Source of the DNA: Phoronis australis
Taxonomy: Eukaryota; Animalia; Phoronida
Length of the DNA: 64,000 bases
Direction: 5' to 3'
NCBI GenBank assembly: GCA_002633005.1
Contig: NMRA01000059.1
Coordinates: 619,133-683,132, forward strand
A model generated the notes under the pieces. It saw only the letters and a program-made list of their open reading frames with translations. It ran no database searches and was not told the origin of the DNA. The stretch's first letter is position 1; every line of letters begins with the position of its first letter. Below are positions 1 to 13,567 of the stretch, in pieces. The position numbers and the translations under genes were made by a program.

Positions 1-149
1 TTCAAACGAGAACTCAACCTCAATTTGCACGATTGAGGAAATATACATTGAAATGTGCACGTCGTGTTATATCCAAAGTTCCGACAACGCAAATGACGCC
101 TATATTGAAAAACGGAAAGTTGAAACAAATATCAGCCTCTTAACTTCCT

Positions 150-1092
150 CTACAAAATGGTGCAACCACATATATCATCCGATATTTGCCTCAAGGGCGG
201 TTCCCTTGGTGTCGTGCACCTGCAATGGCGTATGCAGTATTTATCGATACTCCTAGTATGATGGTGGTTCAAGTCGATTTCGAGCCACGTGCAGTTATTG
301 CTGAAATGAATTTCTCTCTTTCCGTCCTTGTACTTGCCGCAAGAACATTTGAGACGAAACGTGCCGGTCTCTTCATACCATTTGCAATCTTCTTTCTTGT
401 GGTTTTGAATTTCCAGCTTATACCTATATGGCGACCTTTCAAAACCTACAAAAAGACACTGACAGGATAACAATCATAATCTGAAAACAATGCAAGATAT
501 CCACTTTCAGTTAACAGTTTTAATCACGGCTGTCATGTCAATTTAAGGAGACCCGTTAATACTTTTTCAAATGGTAAACTGAAAGAAATTCAAAATTCTA
601 CCGTAGTTGTTCTCGTACGAACTGTATTCAGACTCATATTCTATAGGAACTTCATCCATTTTATTGCAAGAAGATACACGAAATAAATGTTGTTCACCAA
701 AAGCAGAGATCAGCATAAATGGTCTCAAAATATTCGACTTATATATCCTCTTGCGTGGAAAACCCCCCCCACCGAATGGTTCAGTTTCATCAGGCAAAAG
801 TGATTCCGGGTTTTTCAGATTCTCATTGCCAAGCAGCAGGAAATTTTGCTCGACGTAAAATCCTGGCGTAATACACGGTTCGATGAGCGTCGTCTGATCT
901 TGGTACGACAAAGAACTATGGAGTAATGTTAGCTTGGAAATATTATCGATTGCAAGGATGTCGAGAGAAGAATAAATTTCGTTTGTCTTGGATGGGGATT
1001 TAACTTGACAAAGACTTGATGACGGAGGAAGAAGGTAGACTCACCCTTCTCCCGGCTCCCGGAGAGGTATTCACTATTTTTACAAGGGTAAG
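150..1092 (-). CDS. Cys/His double-repeat family member 1 (divergent, opposite strand); terminal exon 445..150 plus probable internal exon 1092..1045; first exon not located
   Basis: Terminal exon follows a tttttgtag acceptor (phase 1) and reads GFERSPYRYKLEIQNH-KKED-CKW...FRLKCSC...EIH-FSNN-CTW...YCIRHCRC...stop. A 48-nt phase 1-1 exon (xYPCKNSEYLSGSREK) has acceptor ctaactaactatttttctaacag and donor G|gtgagt. Confidence 0.75.
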
Positions 1093-2808
1093 CTGTTAGA
1101 AAAATAGTTAGTTAGAAAGTGACCTCTATAATACAATTTGTAGGGAGCTTCAACGATGAATAGCCGCACCTTCCTACAGCTTTGCCCCTTTAAAGTCATA
1201 GAGGACGAGACTAAAATTGTGCGTTCCAAGCTCTTTTCCAGAAACGAAAAGGAGACTAAAGGTTACTATAAATAGGTCATAATTCTATGACTTGTGAACA
1301 GTGGTACAAAATAGTGTAGGAGAATAGTAAATGGTTATAAAATAACATTATCATTTGAAAGGTGGACATTAAAAAACAGCAGCATGGAGGATCGAGAACA
1401 AACCCAAGGAGGAGTAGGGCGGGGGGCGGGGGTGACGTTGACATAACCTAACATTATCTTGTGCAAAATCACCCCCTGCCTTTTTCAGCTGCTGCAAAAG
1501 GCTGATTCGAAATTGTCATTTTGAGCCTTTCCTTGACAACATGTAGAACACATAAGGCGGTATGGTATTTAAAGTAAAACAAGACATTTGTAGATGTCTG
1601 CCGCACAATAGTGTATTCTAAGCAAATGTGAGGTTCATTGACAATAGTAGGAAGAAGATTGTCACATCTTGCTCTAGCTGCAACGCTCCGTTTTTTATCC
1701 ATTTTGCCGGTTTTGGGGGAAAATTTTATCGATTTTATGGGTCACATACAATGAGACAAGGCCATATGTGACAACGATTTCCAGTAAAGTTATAATTGAT
1801 TACATGTACTTTTAAACGGAAAAGACATAGATAGTGAAATGGCGCTGTGCACTCTCGTTCGGAACTGGAAAGGATAATTACTGCGCGATGGGGGAGTTGA
1901 TAATGGCACGGACACCCCAGTAAAATATCGATATAAAAGTTTAATTTCACAGGAGTTCCATTATCCAAAACTAAGCTTCACTGTTCCATATGTTACACAC
2001 ATGGACACTTCAAAGGAAATGTCTGTAATTTTGGAGTTGCTCGATGACATTATTAATGCTTTGAAAGTAAATAACTATCATTTAAAGCGGCTGTAAATTC
2101 GGGAATCGAACTTTTGATTTGGACTACTTACAGTCATGAAATCTGTTTAAAAGTGTTCCTTATTCAGATCGAGAAGCGATTTAGGGGTTTGCAAAGAACT
2201 GACATTTTATGCTTAGCGCATAAAATGAAAAGTCTGGAGAAGCCAATTTGTGGAGCCTGGTGTCAAACAGTAACGGAAGTAGCCATCTTGTGGCGCCTGA
2301 TGACACTAATTACCAGTTTTTTGAAGCCCTGAAATTGTCACCTCCAATTTTACCAAGGAACAGTTTTGTAGCAGTAAGTGGGTCTTATTCAAAAGTTATT
2401 TTTGATATGGAACTCGGTTTAAAAACCTCCTTAATTAACGACGGAAAGACAATAAACGCTAAAAAGTGGTGACACTTTATTCTTTTTGAATGTGAAAATA
2501 GTATTATAAACCTATATCATAGATCACAGTACATAACACTGATAAAAGTTACAAGTGGAATAATCAAAAATCCAACTGTAGTAGGCTTTCACAAATAAAG
2601 GGTACACTAAATACCATGCTTTGATAGTACTTATTGTAGAACGACTGAGAAATCTGCTAAGAACGATATCCACTTCGTGTAAACACTTTTGAGAAAACAC
2701 CACCGTAACTGTGCCCGCATATATCACACTAAGTGTTTGACATTGACTCAATAATAGTACACAATGTTGGTGGAGGTGCAAGCCGCCACTTGCCTTCACT
2801 CTAGAGTC

Positions 2809-2966
2809 CTGCCTCCCGTTCAGTAACGCTAGGACCTCGCTAAAAAGCAAGACTTCGCGAAATTACGTGAGATATTGCCGTGAATTTTAAATGAGAACAC
2901 GTGACTTTGACTAGGTTTTAGCTAAGTTCTAGCGAAGGTCCCAAATTTCTACTGAACGCACGCCTG
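2809..2966. mobile_element. MITE-like element (inverted copy at 24519-24675)
   Basis: Imperfect terminal inverted repeats (cgttcagta...tactgaacg); the reverse complement aligns along its length with 24519-24675. Confidence 0.65.
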
Positions 2967-3067
2967 ATACTAATCATGACAAAAACTACACTACCATAAC
3001 CAGCAAAAACATTGCAACTCTAGTATGGCTTTCTCCGGTTCATCCTTACAAAAGCGTAAATAAGGCT

Positions 3068-3262
3068 TACAACACATTATCCACATAGTCGCCATTTTAA
3101 AAGTGAGCCTCTTTTTAGGTTTGAAAACAACGCATTAGGCATAAATATCAAGGAGGCATGCTAAAAATCCCGCGTTGCATTGTTATCAAATGCGGAATGC
3201 ATTGTTTTTAAAACCCAAAAGGAGGCCCACTTTTAAAATGGCGACTGCGTGAATAAGGTGTA
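3068..3262. mobile_element. Foldback/MITE-like palindromic element
   Basis: Long imperfect inverted arms: agtcgccattttaaaagtgagcctc...aaaacaacgcatt versus aatgcattgttttt...gaggcccacttttaaaatggcgact. Confidence 0.7.
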
Positions 3263-3518
3263 GTGCAGAAATTACCGATTTTTGAATCAACAATTTAAAA
3301 GTTGCTCATTTGTCACACTGGTTTATAAAACTTGTACAGAAGATATGAAACAAATGATACTCTACACATATATTCACTTGCTTTGTTGATTTCTTCTCGC
3401 GAACTATAACTTTACAAGTTATTAACAAACCGATTTTCCTAGGTGATCTCTTGAATCCTGGCTACTTCTGTATTCACTTTAGGAGTCCTCACGGATCTGA
3501 GGAGAACTATGAGTTGTA

Positions 3519-4403
3519 TTATTGGGGACAAATAAAACAACAGGAATAACATATATTTTAAGTTGTATTGGGAATTTCAGGGTCACATCTCTACAAATAA
3601 ATATTTCACAGAAGGAACCCGGTGGGTTACTTAATTACAAGAGATAACACACACATTTCCGATACCCAAAGTGTAACTGAGTATCGGAGCATAGTACCAA
3701 ATGGGAATGGCCCGTATTGGCCGATTGCCTACCAACTGGGTCGAGCAAAGCGCCAAATTCAATAACAAGTACAAAGTGGGTACAAACTGCCAAATGGGCA
3801 AATATCATATAAAGTACCAAGTGGGTACACCAAACAGCCAACTGAGCTATAACAACCTGCAAAGCAGGTTCCGGACAAGCTGAGTGAGCAGATCAGCCGG
3901 AGTGATAAAAGAGATATTGTAAGGAACGTGGTGTTGTGGCTCAGTATGTACCGAGAGCTGTGACCGGGGTGGAGAGAAGCAAGCTGCAGTGACGGATGCT
4001 CGAGTACAGGTCGGGTGGCTAGCCAATGATGTCGGTTCTTGCCTGACGGTAACACGCTCCGGGATTGAAGAAGGCACCAGCAGTGACTGAACAACAATGA
4101 CCAACAGCAGATTTTGTTCGACAAAAGGGAGGGAGCGTGGGAAAGGTATAAATCGGTTGAAATGAGATTTTGTGGAACCCAGGGTAGGGAGGGTGGGGAA
4201 GGTATAAAATTAGGAAAACTTACGACTGAATGTGCTGTTGCTTGAGGCTGGGCCAAAGGAAGCTCTCGAGAGAAAGAACAAACAGCGCTACTATCGGACT
4301 TGGTAGGAACTAACTAGGAGTTGGATATGAAGGATGAAGGGGTGTGTAATAGTATTTGCCCAAATAATAGGATTTATGTCAGAGTGCCATGAATCCCATT
4401 ATT
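3519..4403 (+). mobile_element. Non-autonomous Helentron/HINE-like element, long copy
   Basis: Starts ttattggggacaaata; near the end has the inverted match tatttgcccaaataa followed by the hairpin ggatttatg...catgaatcc. Internal short repeats of the taccaagtgggtaca type. Homologous to 59012-59872, 59870-60305, 38482-38918 and 35067-35160. Confidence 0.65.
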
Positions 4404-7400
4404 ACGCCAACTCTTCAATACGATGGTCGGCTATTCAGTGCCACAAAACACAAAACGAAAATTGCTATACAAGCCGTTTTTTGTGACTATTTGCAGTACC
4501 AAAGTTACAAGGCATACTACAAAAGATGGTGCATTGTGAAAAAAACCTATGGTCTTAGGGAGGAGGAACTTCATTGAATTAACTGTGTGTATGTCTATTT
4601 GTTGCTTGTTTCACGTTCTAAACGTTTTCATTGCCTAAAGGACATAAGTCCGAACGGTACATTATTACATAATTGTGAGTCTAGAAAAACGTAGAGAAGG
4701 ACTAGATGGAAAAAATTATCATTCAAGCACGTGAAATACTTTAGTTGTGCGCAAAATTTAACTTTACAGATACTTTGTGGGAAGAATTTTCACTAGTGAT
4801 AGCGCGGTTCCGAATGACACTGCACGTTACGTGCACATCTGACCTGTGTGACACTGTTCCATGTCAAAAGCCAAGTCTCCGTCCTGTAGTTGGCCGATGC
4901 ATCGCCGTTTGAAGAAAATCGCACATAGAAGGCTCCCTGAAATGAGATTTGTGGTCGTTTCGTTAATTTAACTGGGATCACTTTCTTCACATCAGGTTCA
5001 CGAAGGTTATATATAGCACCGGCGGATATTGTTGTATAATTTACAAATTAGACTGTAGGTGTGAGACTTTTCTAATGTCAGGGAGGTGTCTGAAAACCTT
5101 TTCGAGAAATTGGAAGGAAGGACGTTTTCAACGACTAGTCTTTTGTTTGCGCAAATTTCCCATACTGCATTAAACGATAGCATATAATACTTTTTCATCA
5201 AACTTTTCAGTTAACACGGCACCTCAATTAGCATTTGCAAGGTACTTACAAAAGACGTCACTCTGTGCAGGACTGCCTGTAGTTATGCGACCCAAAACTA
5301 CAGCCGATAGAGGGCGCGAGAGATCAGCAGCAACCAAGCGACAAACCGAAGAGCGCTGTAGTCAAACTTTCTCCCATATACGCACGATTTCCTTCGTCAT
5401 ATTGCGAGCCCTGGGAATCAGTTTACAACACCAGGCTGGCAGCTGTAGGGTCTACACACATTCGTGGACCCCGACAGAGTTGAGATATAGTAGCTGTATT
5501 CGGGATCAAACAATCTATCACGTAGAATGATCTGAAAATCACGGAAATAAAATAGCATTGACAGAACTTTTCATGTTGCTTAGAAGCGTACATGGAGACA
5601 CGATGGTACAGATTTTGCGACATAAAGATACCTTCTACAGGTACACACTAGTTGGAACTGTGAACGGCAATCACGCCAATAGGGGGCAGCACAAACGGGG
5701 TACTTAAAGTAGGCCTACAAAAGTCAAAGCCATATGAGGTTCTCATCAATTATCCGTCAACATTGTTCTTGAAAATTCAAAGAACAAGTTCACTAAGACA
5801 ACAACATGTAATAAGGAGATCTTGAAGATACACAAAGAATTTGAAAGCCGTGCCACACATTTATTGTATCCGATCCGAGTTTGAACCCGCCTGATGCGAA
5901 ATTCACCGACGGCGTTGTGGTAGTGCGACGATAGATGGCGGTAAGCAATTACCCTAAACAAAACGACTGCAACAACCATACCTACTGCCACAATGTGTTA
6001 AAAGGCCATGGACGATCAAAGAAAGGTCGTAGCTCGAGCATTGGTTTCTTTATTATTTATGGTTCGGCCGTTTGTACAAACTGAGGACAGTAGTCCGCTA
6101 CTGCACACTTTCGAGAATGCAGAGCCGACACACTGTGGAAAACGTTTACGGCAGCTTTGGAAATAGGACAGATAATGTGGCGATTAGATTTGTCAGAAAG
6201 ATTTATAGGCTTACACAATCTGAACCGGCTACAATAGTAATGTAGCAATTATTGGAGTTGTTGCAAAATAACATCAACTATACTCGAAACTTATGAGACC
6301 TTTTTGAAGAGCCCTTATGTTTACGACATTGAGTGCGTAAGAATCGGGTCAGGTGGGAATCCCAGATTACCAAATACTTTGCAAATGAGTCAGTAATTTG
6401 AAAAAATATTTCGTGTCAGGCAAGCAAGTAAGTCCGTTTGCACTGGGAATTACGAAAACCCGAACGTAATTAATAACAGTTCCAACCCACTGCAAGGTTA
6501 TTCTTTGTTTTGACAATGGGAATTCCCGTGTTGCAATCAATTAGTTGACCCCGTGAAAGGTAAGGTCATGAATCACTGTTAACGATCATGTTGCCAATGG
6601 TTACGGGGGGTGGTGAAAATAGTTATATGTAATATTTGTCACGCCGTTGAACGTCAGAGAATGTGATCAGTTGCTCCCAGATGTCCAATTTATGCACGAA
6701 AGCGACATTATTGTGGAAGATTTTCATTTTTAAAGTTCATTTACTTCAAAATCACGAATCACAATTGCATATTCATTGGTGCACGAACCCGAAAGCGAAC
6801 ATCAAAATTAAAATGCAATAAAACTTACAAGTGTATCAAATAAAATGGCGAGCCACACATGTAAAATTAACACTCTGTACATCTAACCATTTAATCCACA
6901 GTTTTAGAAATATATCGTTTCATGAGCGACTGACTTACATGTATGTATTAGAGCTTGATCGAATGCCAGTCTGTAAAGCCACTGCCAATCAACTCAAGAT
7001 TATTCAGTGTTACCTATTCACGTCATCAGACTGAGTGCTTAAAGGATTTCCATGACATTCCATACTAAAGATCGATTTGTGTTTTTATTTAGTCGACATG
7101 CACCACTTAAGTCAGGCTAAATTATCAAAAATAGAAAAAAGACTTTTGTGGCTGGTTTTATGAAGTAGTAATTATTCATGTGCATAAAGTAGCAACACCC
7201 CCCGGTGTTCTTTTACGAAATATCACGAGACTGGAATTTCTTTACGTCATTGGAAAGTTGTACACAACCAAAACAACGCATATGTTTTGTTGTCGATTAC
7301 ACAGATTCACTGTGTGGCGGGAATTCCGCACAGTTCAGACAGCAATGAGAAGCATCAATAAGTGCTAAAAATAGTGCATACGTTCACACGTCGGCCGGGA

Positions 7401-7959
7401 AGTTTTGAATCAAACACATGCACTGATGTTAGTAACAGCTTAGCACTGAAGACAATTGACTCCATTTTCAGCACCGTCGTAATCTACATTCTTCAGCAAC
7501 GGAAATTTATAAAAAACCCTGTGACTCAAGTAACTGGGTGGTGTTGTGCCACGTGGCACACCCGTCATTCGCTGCATGAGAAGGTGACCATTTTACGGGT
7601 GATAGAACCTTTTGTCCAACGCATTCCTCGGATTTGTAAACAATACAATTGAATGTTCTGTGCTACCCGAATGGATTCTGCAAACTCATGAGCGGCATGT
7701 GCAAGCGTGTGACCCACTTCTTAGGAATCAATGAAATAAAGAGAAAAACACCATAATGAACTGTTCGTTGCATACAAATCAAAATATATTTCGTGCTATT
7801 TATGTTAAATCGGACCACGCACTGTAGCGGCTTTGGTAGACAGAAACTGTCGGTTGTACATGAGCGTGGCGAAAAAGAAGGCCCTTAGGGGATTCTCACA
7901 CTACTGGGTGTTGAGACTGAACACTAACCTAAACAGATAATATAACACGACACAATAGA

Positions 7960-8216
7960 ATGCACGCGCTCACCCAGCCTTCAATATGGGGGAGGGGGCT
8001 CGAATCCCTCGTGTTGTGGACCTTTTGCTAACAAAAGAGCGGGCGGACTAAAAACAATAAAAAAAAACAAAAAAAAAAAACGGGAACAGCACTGTGAATT
8101 GCGCGTTTGCGCTTATTTAGTGGGCTTTAGTCCCATTCTCTCGGACTTATTGTCTCTCGGGGGCGGACCTTTTTGCCTACTTCGCCAAATAGGGGGCCCC
8201 CTGGGTGCGCGCATGT
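7960..8216. mobile_element. MITE-like element (related copy 32445-32680)
   Basis: Termini cacgcgctcacccag...ctgggtgcgcgcatg are inverted; the interior aligns with 32445-32680. Confidence 0.6.
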
Positions 8217-8511
8217 TATGGTGTTGGTTATTATCAAAGTTTGAAAGGAAAGTTGTGTTTAAAAGGGCAAACTGATATGTCTTTCGCGTGTTCGTTTCTC
8301 ATTGGTTAATTCTCAAGGTATATTGAATATACTATTCATGCATACTACTATACAAATTCCAACCATTAAGCGAAGGTTATTGGATACCTTAAAGAAAGGT
8401 CATAGCCGAATGTGTAAATAGTCCTAAAAGGAGGTATTCATCTTTTGAAATAGTAAGAACCCACTCGTTTATGTGAGGGCAATGAGCTATACCTCCTGGT
8501 ATAGCTCATTG

Positions 8512-8616
8512 GTGAGGGTGAAAATCACAGTACACAAGTAAGGGTGCAAACCACTGTACACATGTGAGGGTGCAAACCACAGTACACATGTGAGGGTGCA
8601 AACCACAGTACACATG
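8512..8616. repeat. 26-bp minisatellite, about 4 copies
   Basis: Unit gtgagggtgcaaaccacagtacacat repeated in tandem. Confidence 0.85.
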
Positions 8617-9749
8617 AAACAGTGTTTTGAAAAATGAGCAATACCCAATAAAATGAGCCTGAAGACAGATTTGAGTCTTTTTTCAGAAATGTGATAAGCA
8701 CAATATATTGTATACTTAAATGGGATAAGCATTATACATGTATATTGTATACTTAAAATGTATTTCCTTGCGGAACAGCTGCGTTGTGTGCGATGAATTA
8801 CGATCGAGTAAAATGTAAATGAGATGAACAATTTATTTTAACCTTTCTTCAGCACAATCGAGTAAAATGTATCTCCAGTTCCACGATTTCCAAGATTCAA
8901 ATTTAATTTTGAAGAACATTGCTATTGAAACTGTGACAAAATTTTGAGTCTTGGACATGCCATTTTGTATCACAACATGTTTCACTTCAGAGAACACATC
9001 GGAATTTGCTTTCAGTCCGCACCTAGAGTCACTACATTTTGTCTCATGTCATCTCATGGCATTAGTTACGTTTATTGATTTGTGCTGTTTTAAAATTTGT
9101 TCTATCAAATATTAATAAATTTTGATGTTAAGTGTTTCATATTTTCCTGTTACGAATTTGGAAATATGGATTTCTGGGACTTTATAAGATAGTCACAGTA
9201 TTATATGGGAATAAGACAGTGTCAATATTATTGTTCGGGAATCTATTGGATATCGGTGTAACATTATCAAGACAGTGCTTAGTACTATCATGGGAATTAC
9301 TATGCTTATCAGTATTGTCATTACTATCAATTAATAGCAAGTGTTATTTTTGTAATAATATAATATATAATATTAAAATAACAATAATAATAACAATAGT
9401 TGAATACTGATGATGACGATGATGGTGATTGTGATGGTGGTGACAGTGATGATGAAAAACAAATAAACAATAACGATAAACAACTAAATTGTATTTTTAT
9501 AAGTCATTAATGATCATAATCAAAATAATCCATTGTAATTTTACTTGTATTAACCTTGGAAAATTTAGTGCACAGAAATATATATAGGATTGTAATTTAC
9601 GAAATGTTACTGTTTTAAAGAAATATAATCAATTTATGGCAAAAAGGAAGGACTATCTTTAAAAATGCACTTAAATTTTAAGAATACGATGGCCCGAAAG
9701 TATCATCACTATTTTAGTTTAATTATTGTTTTATTTTTAATTTTCACCT

Positions 9750-9884
9750 TGGTGGAAATTATTTTCACCCAGTTAGAAATTATTTTAACGTAGGTGGAAA
9801 TTATTTTCACCCAGGTAGAAATTATTTTAAAGTAGGTGGAAATTATTTTCACCCATGGAAAAATTATTTTAACCTAGGTGGAAC
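9750..9884. repeat. About 20-bp minisatellite (gtggaaattattttcaccca and variants)
   Basis: Six or seven tandem units containing gaaattatttt. Confidence 0.8.
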
Positions 9885-12800
9885 CTTACAACACTACCAT
9901 AACAAACAAGACATATTTCTTTAACATTTTATTTCAGTCCGAGATTTTGCGTTTACACGTGAGAGCAGATAATCAACATTCAGGCCATGGCAGAAGTACG
10001 CGACTGTTAACGCATGCGCATGGCGAGTATTTGAAGTTTTATTCTTCTTCAAGATTTCAATGAGTGTTTCCGTTAACACAGGTGGGTACACTCCATACAA
10101 CTGTAATAACTCCTGAAAAAAGTCAATAAACATTCAGCTTACTTGAAGTATAAATTGGCAATAACTAGCTGCGAAAGAGACTTGTAAATAATGGCTAGTG
10201 ATGCTTGTGTAAAAAGTAATTGGATATTTTTAAGTTGAATGATTTATGTATTGGCAAAAAGAAAATGTGTCAAACAACAACGCTGACAACTCGTAGTTTG
10301 ATAGCACCTGCATTTGTAATTTGACTGTGTTTATCAGACTTTGAATAAGTAACTGACATGAAGGCATTACCACGCTTTTCTTTTACACGTAATAAAGTAT
10401 CACATGCTTATTAAAATTACACTTAACAAACAAAAAACAGAAAACCTGGAGTTAACTTTACTTTTTACCAGATTCCAAACGATCGTTAAATTTACCGAAT
10501 TCCACAATCAAAAACAGAACTTGCACGGATTGTCTGAGATGCAAAATGTTTTTCTTCGATATCACAACATAAAAGAGTCATATACAAATCTGCAAGACTT
10601 ACAGTACAGTACGTCCCGTGTTACAACCCGCTCTGGACCGGTATAGCTACGTCGCTTTTGTTGGTGGCCAGATTAGGCATTAAACTATACAATTGTGAAT
10701 TTCACAAATAAACTCAGTCAAATTAATTTCTGATTCACATTAAGAGCTTTTTCTCAAGAAATACGATTGCGTTTGCGTCAGACAAGTGCAGATATTATTT
10801 CAGGCTTGTTCATAGGGACTACATGACATGATAGAATTCTCGATCACATCGCGACACAACAGATTAGTCAAGTAATTTCTGAAAAAAAACGATGCGAAAT
10901 TTATGGATTTCAGAAACATTCAGGAACACTGGTACGTAGTACTGTTCAAAATACGCCCAATTGCGGTTTGAACAATGGCAAATAAACTAAACTCAACCCC
11001 TTCTGTCCATACGTCGCATCTATATTTGGAGGTTTGGGTCCAATAGCATGTCCTGGACGGTTTCAGCAAACAAATTCGACACTCACGTGTCTCGATACGG
11101 TGACATTTACATGTCTACGTACCAAGCGATTCGTATCTGTCATTCATTCCACAAGAGCTAGAAACTGACGTTTCAAATAAATAATCCTGAATACTGTAAC
11201 AACGGAACGTTTTCACGGATATCATTATCTTTCTAAGAAAATCAAAATCATATCAGTTGCAAAACGTCACCATGGCACACATCAAGAAATTTCAAAAATG
11301 GTCAACGGTTTTCCATTCGCCAATGATCTTTATGCCACATGTATTCATGAAGTTGTCAACTGATATTTATCAATCAATGGCGCCCCCACCTCACGAGATA
11401 TTAAGAATTATTTCTTGGAAATCTTCGACCACTCAAACGAAGTAAGTAAAAGAAAACATTCGCAAAAGAACAAAATCGTCAAAACAAGAGTTATAGTACG
11501 TCACCTGTGGAAATTCATACGTCCGATCAAACAACGAACATAAAAAGGTTTAGTTTACACATAAGAACATGACCCAAAACATAATAATGAACATTTGCAA
11601 CAATATTCTCTCTAATTAAGTTATGGCAACACGATACGTGTAGAACTACATATTAGCAAAGGTGATCAATTTATGATCAGACCACAACAATCAATGGCAA
11701 CCCTTAATCAAAACTAACACGCGTGCCACAAACACAAGAAATGGGAGTAAACTGCTGAAATTTGAGACGCGCAATAACTTACTCCACACATAAACAATGG
11801 TCGAACGTGGCGCATTCAAATAAACACTTTGATACTCAATGAAAAACGATATTGATTTTCTGGTGTCAGCAACGGAAGCTTCAACATGTGCAGTTTCCAT
11901 TTGTAGCATTTAGGAGACAGTTAACCAAATGTCGATGTTTTAATCATAACCCGAGAGAAAAATAAACATTTAGTACACCGGAAGTGGATACTTATGCACT
12001 ACTTCTACTGTAATAAAGATGAATGTTTTTTGTTTCAGTGTTCCAATTTCAATTACCATTGAAGAGAACTACTCTTACGTGGTATAAATGAAAAAGTATT
12101 CCAAACATTCCAACTTAATGAGCAATGAACATGCTTCGCTGGTCAACAGAATATAGTCGAAATTAAAAAGCCAACGAGAGAAAGGTTATTTGCGTTGAAA
12201 TAATTTCCGTGCATAATTGACAAAATGCTACGACTAGTATATATTCGGCAATAAATGATTCGAAATAAGAATGAGTAGACTACAAAGGAATGTATAATCT
12301 ACAAGTTCATGATCATGCAACTCTATTTTTGACGATGTGAATCTAATCCAACGATAATAGACTCGCTCTATGGCGCGCCTAGTCACAATGTCTTTAATGT
12401 CGTGTATTGGTCAAACAGTTTTTTAATCTATTTGAAACAATAATGCCTGGACTCTGTTTCATGACGAGTGACTTTGTCTTAAGTCAGATTTTTTTCTCAC
12501 GCTCCTAATAAATATTTCTGAAAAATTAAAAATTAAAAATTAATATTTGATGCAGAAAGAAAGTGATTTGATTGTTTTTCGAACATATTTTTCATCGAAA
12601 TTAGTGATAGGACTTTTGAGTGCAACAATAGTGGGAATTATGACGCAGGAAAAATAGACAAGAACTTATTATTGACAAACGAGAATAACAAAAACGGTAG
12701 CGACAACTGGGACTACATGTAGTCAATGGAAACGGTAATAACACCGCAAAAGCGTAAGACACACATTACTGAATATAGTAAGAAATAATTGTTTTCGTCA

Positions 12801-13567
12801 CTAAGTGTAAACTCATGTAAAAGACGGATGGTCGGTGGGTTAAATAAAAAGTTTTTAAAGAACAGAGAACGAATAGAAGATTCTCTTTAAGTCAAGATAC
12901 GAAAATACTAAGTGGCAACATTAAAACAACAGCATAAACAGGGAGGGGTCTGGGGCATTTTAATGGAAACCACGCGTGGTGGAATAGGAGTACAGTTTCT
13001 CTTTTATTCAAATTAGGTTGAAGACACGATTGTGTTTTTTGTTTGACAGCATACAATACTCGCTCGTAGTCTCCAAACAATCTCCTATCTTCAGGCGTGC
13101 AGCTGTGAAGCAATAAATAGGTCTCTTGCTGCAAATATCTGTTATTAACTAACACTGATATCACGGTAACCTTTGATGGACATGACTTACCCACGCTGTG
13201 AAGCAGAAACTGTAATACTCGAAAAAATGAAACACGATCAATAAAAACTCACCGACATCTTCCAGAGGAGGGCAGGAATAATCTCGTCACTTGGAGGTTG
13301 GTGGAATTGAAATAATGATAATTGTAGAAGTGTCCTGCGTACATTCCCAGTATTATAAAAACAGGCAAACATTATTTATGCAGTTTAATGTTTATAAAAA
13401 CGTATTCTTGTTGTTACTGGTGGTCTCCAGTAATAAACAAGTGTCATCGAGAGTGTTCGTCATTCAGGTTTCGACGAAGTCTTTCTCGAAAATTTCTCTC
13501 GTAAAAATCGAAAAACATCGACAGTAATTTTTCACCAAGAGACAAGAAAGCAAAGGAGCGACCAACT

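Noticed and set aside
567-911. 114-aa minus-strand ORF
   Set aside because: Lies inside the intron of member 1, starts at TTG, its nearby acceptor is phase 2 (incompatible), and no family motif is present.
1469-1702. Insulin B-chain-like words (LLCGRHL here in a shifted frame, HCGKRL at about 6130)
   Set aside because: The second Cys spacing is wrong, stops intervene and no A-chain is found.
3635-4256. Recurrent ORFs such as MQVVIAQLAVWCTHLVLY (also 38589 and 59129)
   Set aside because: They are translations of the non-coding Helentron-like repeat, and frames are not preserved among copies.
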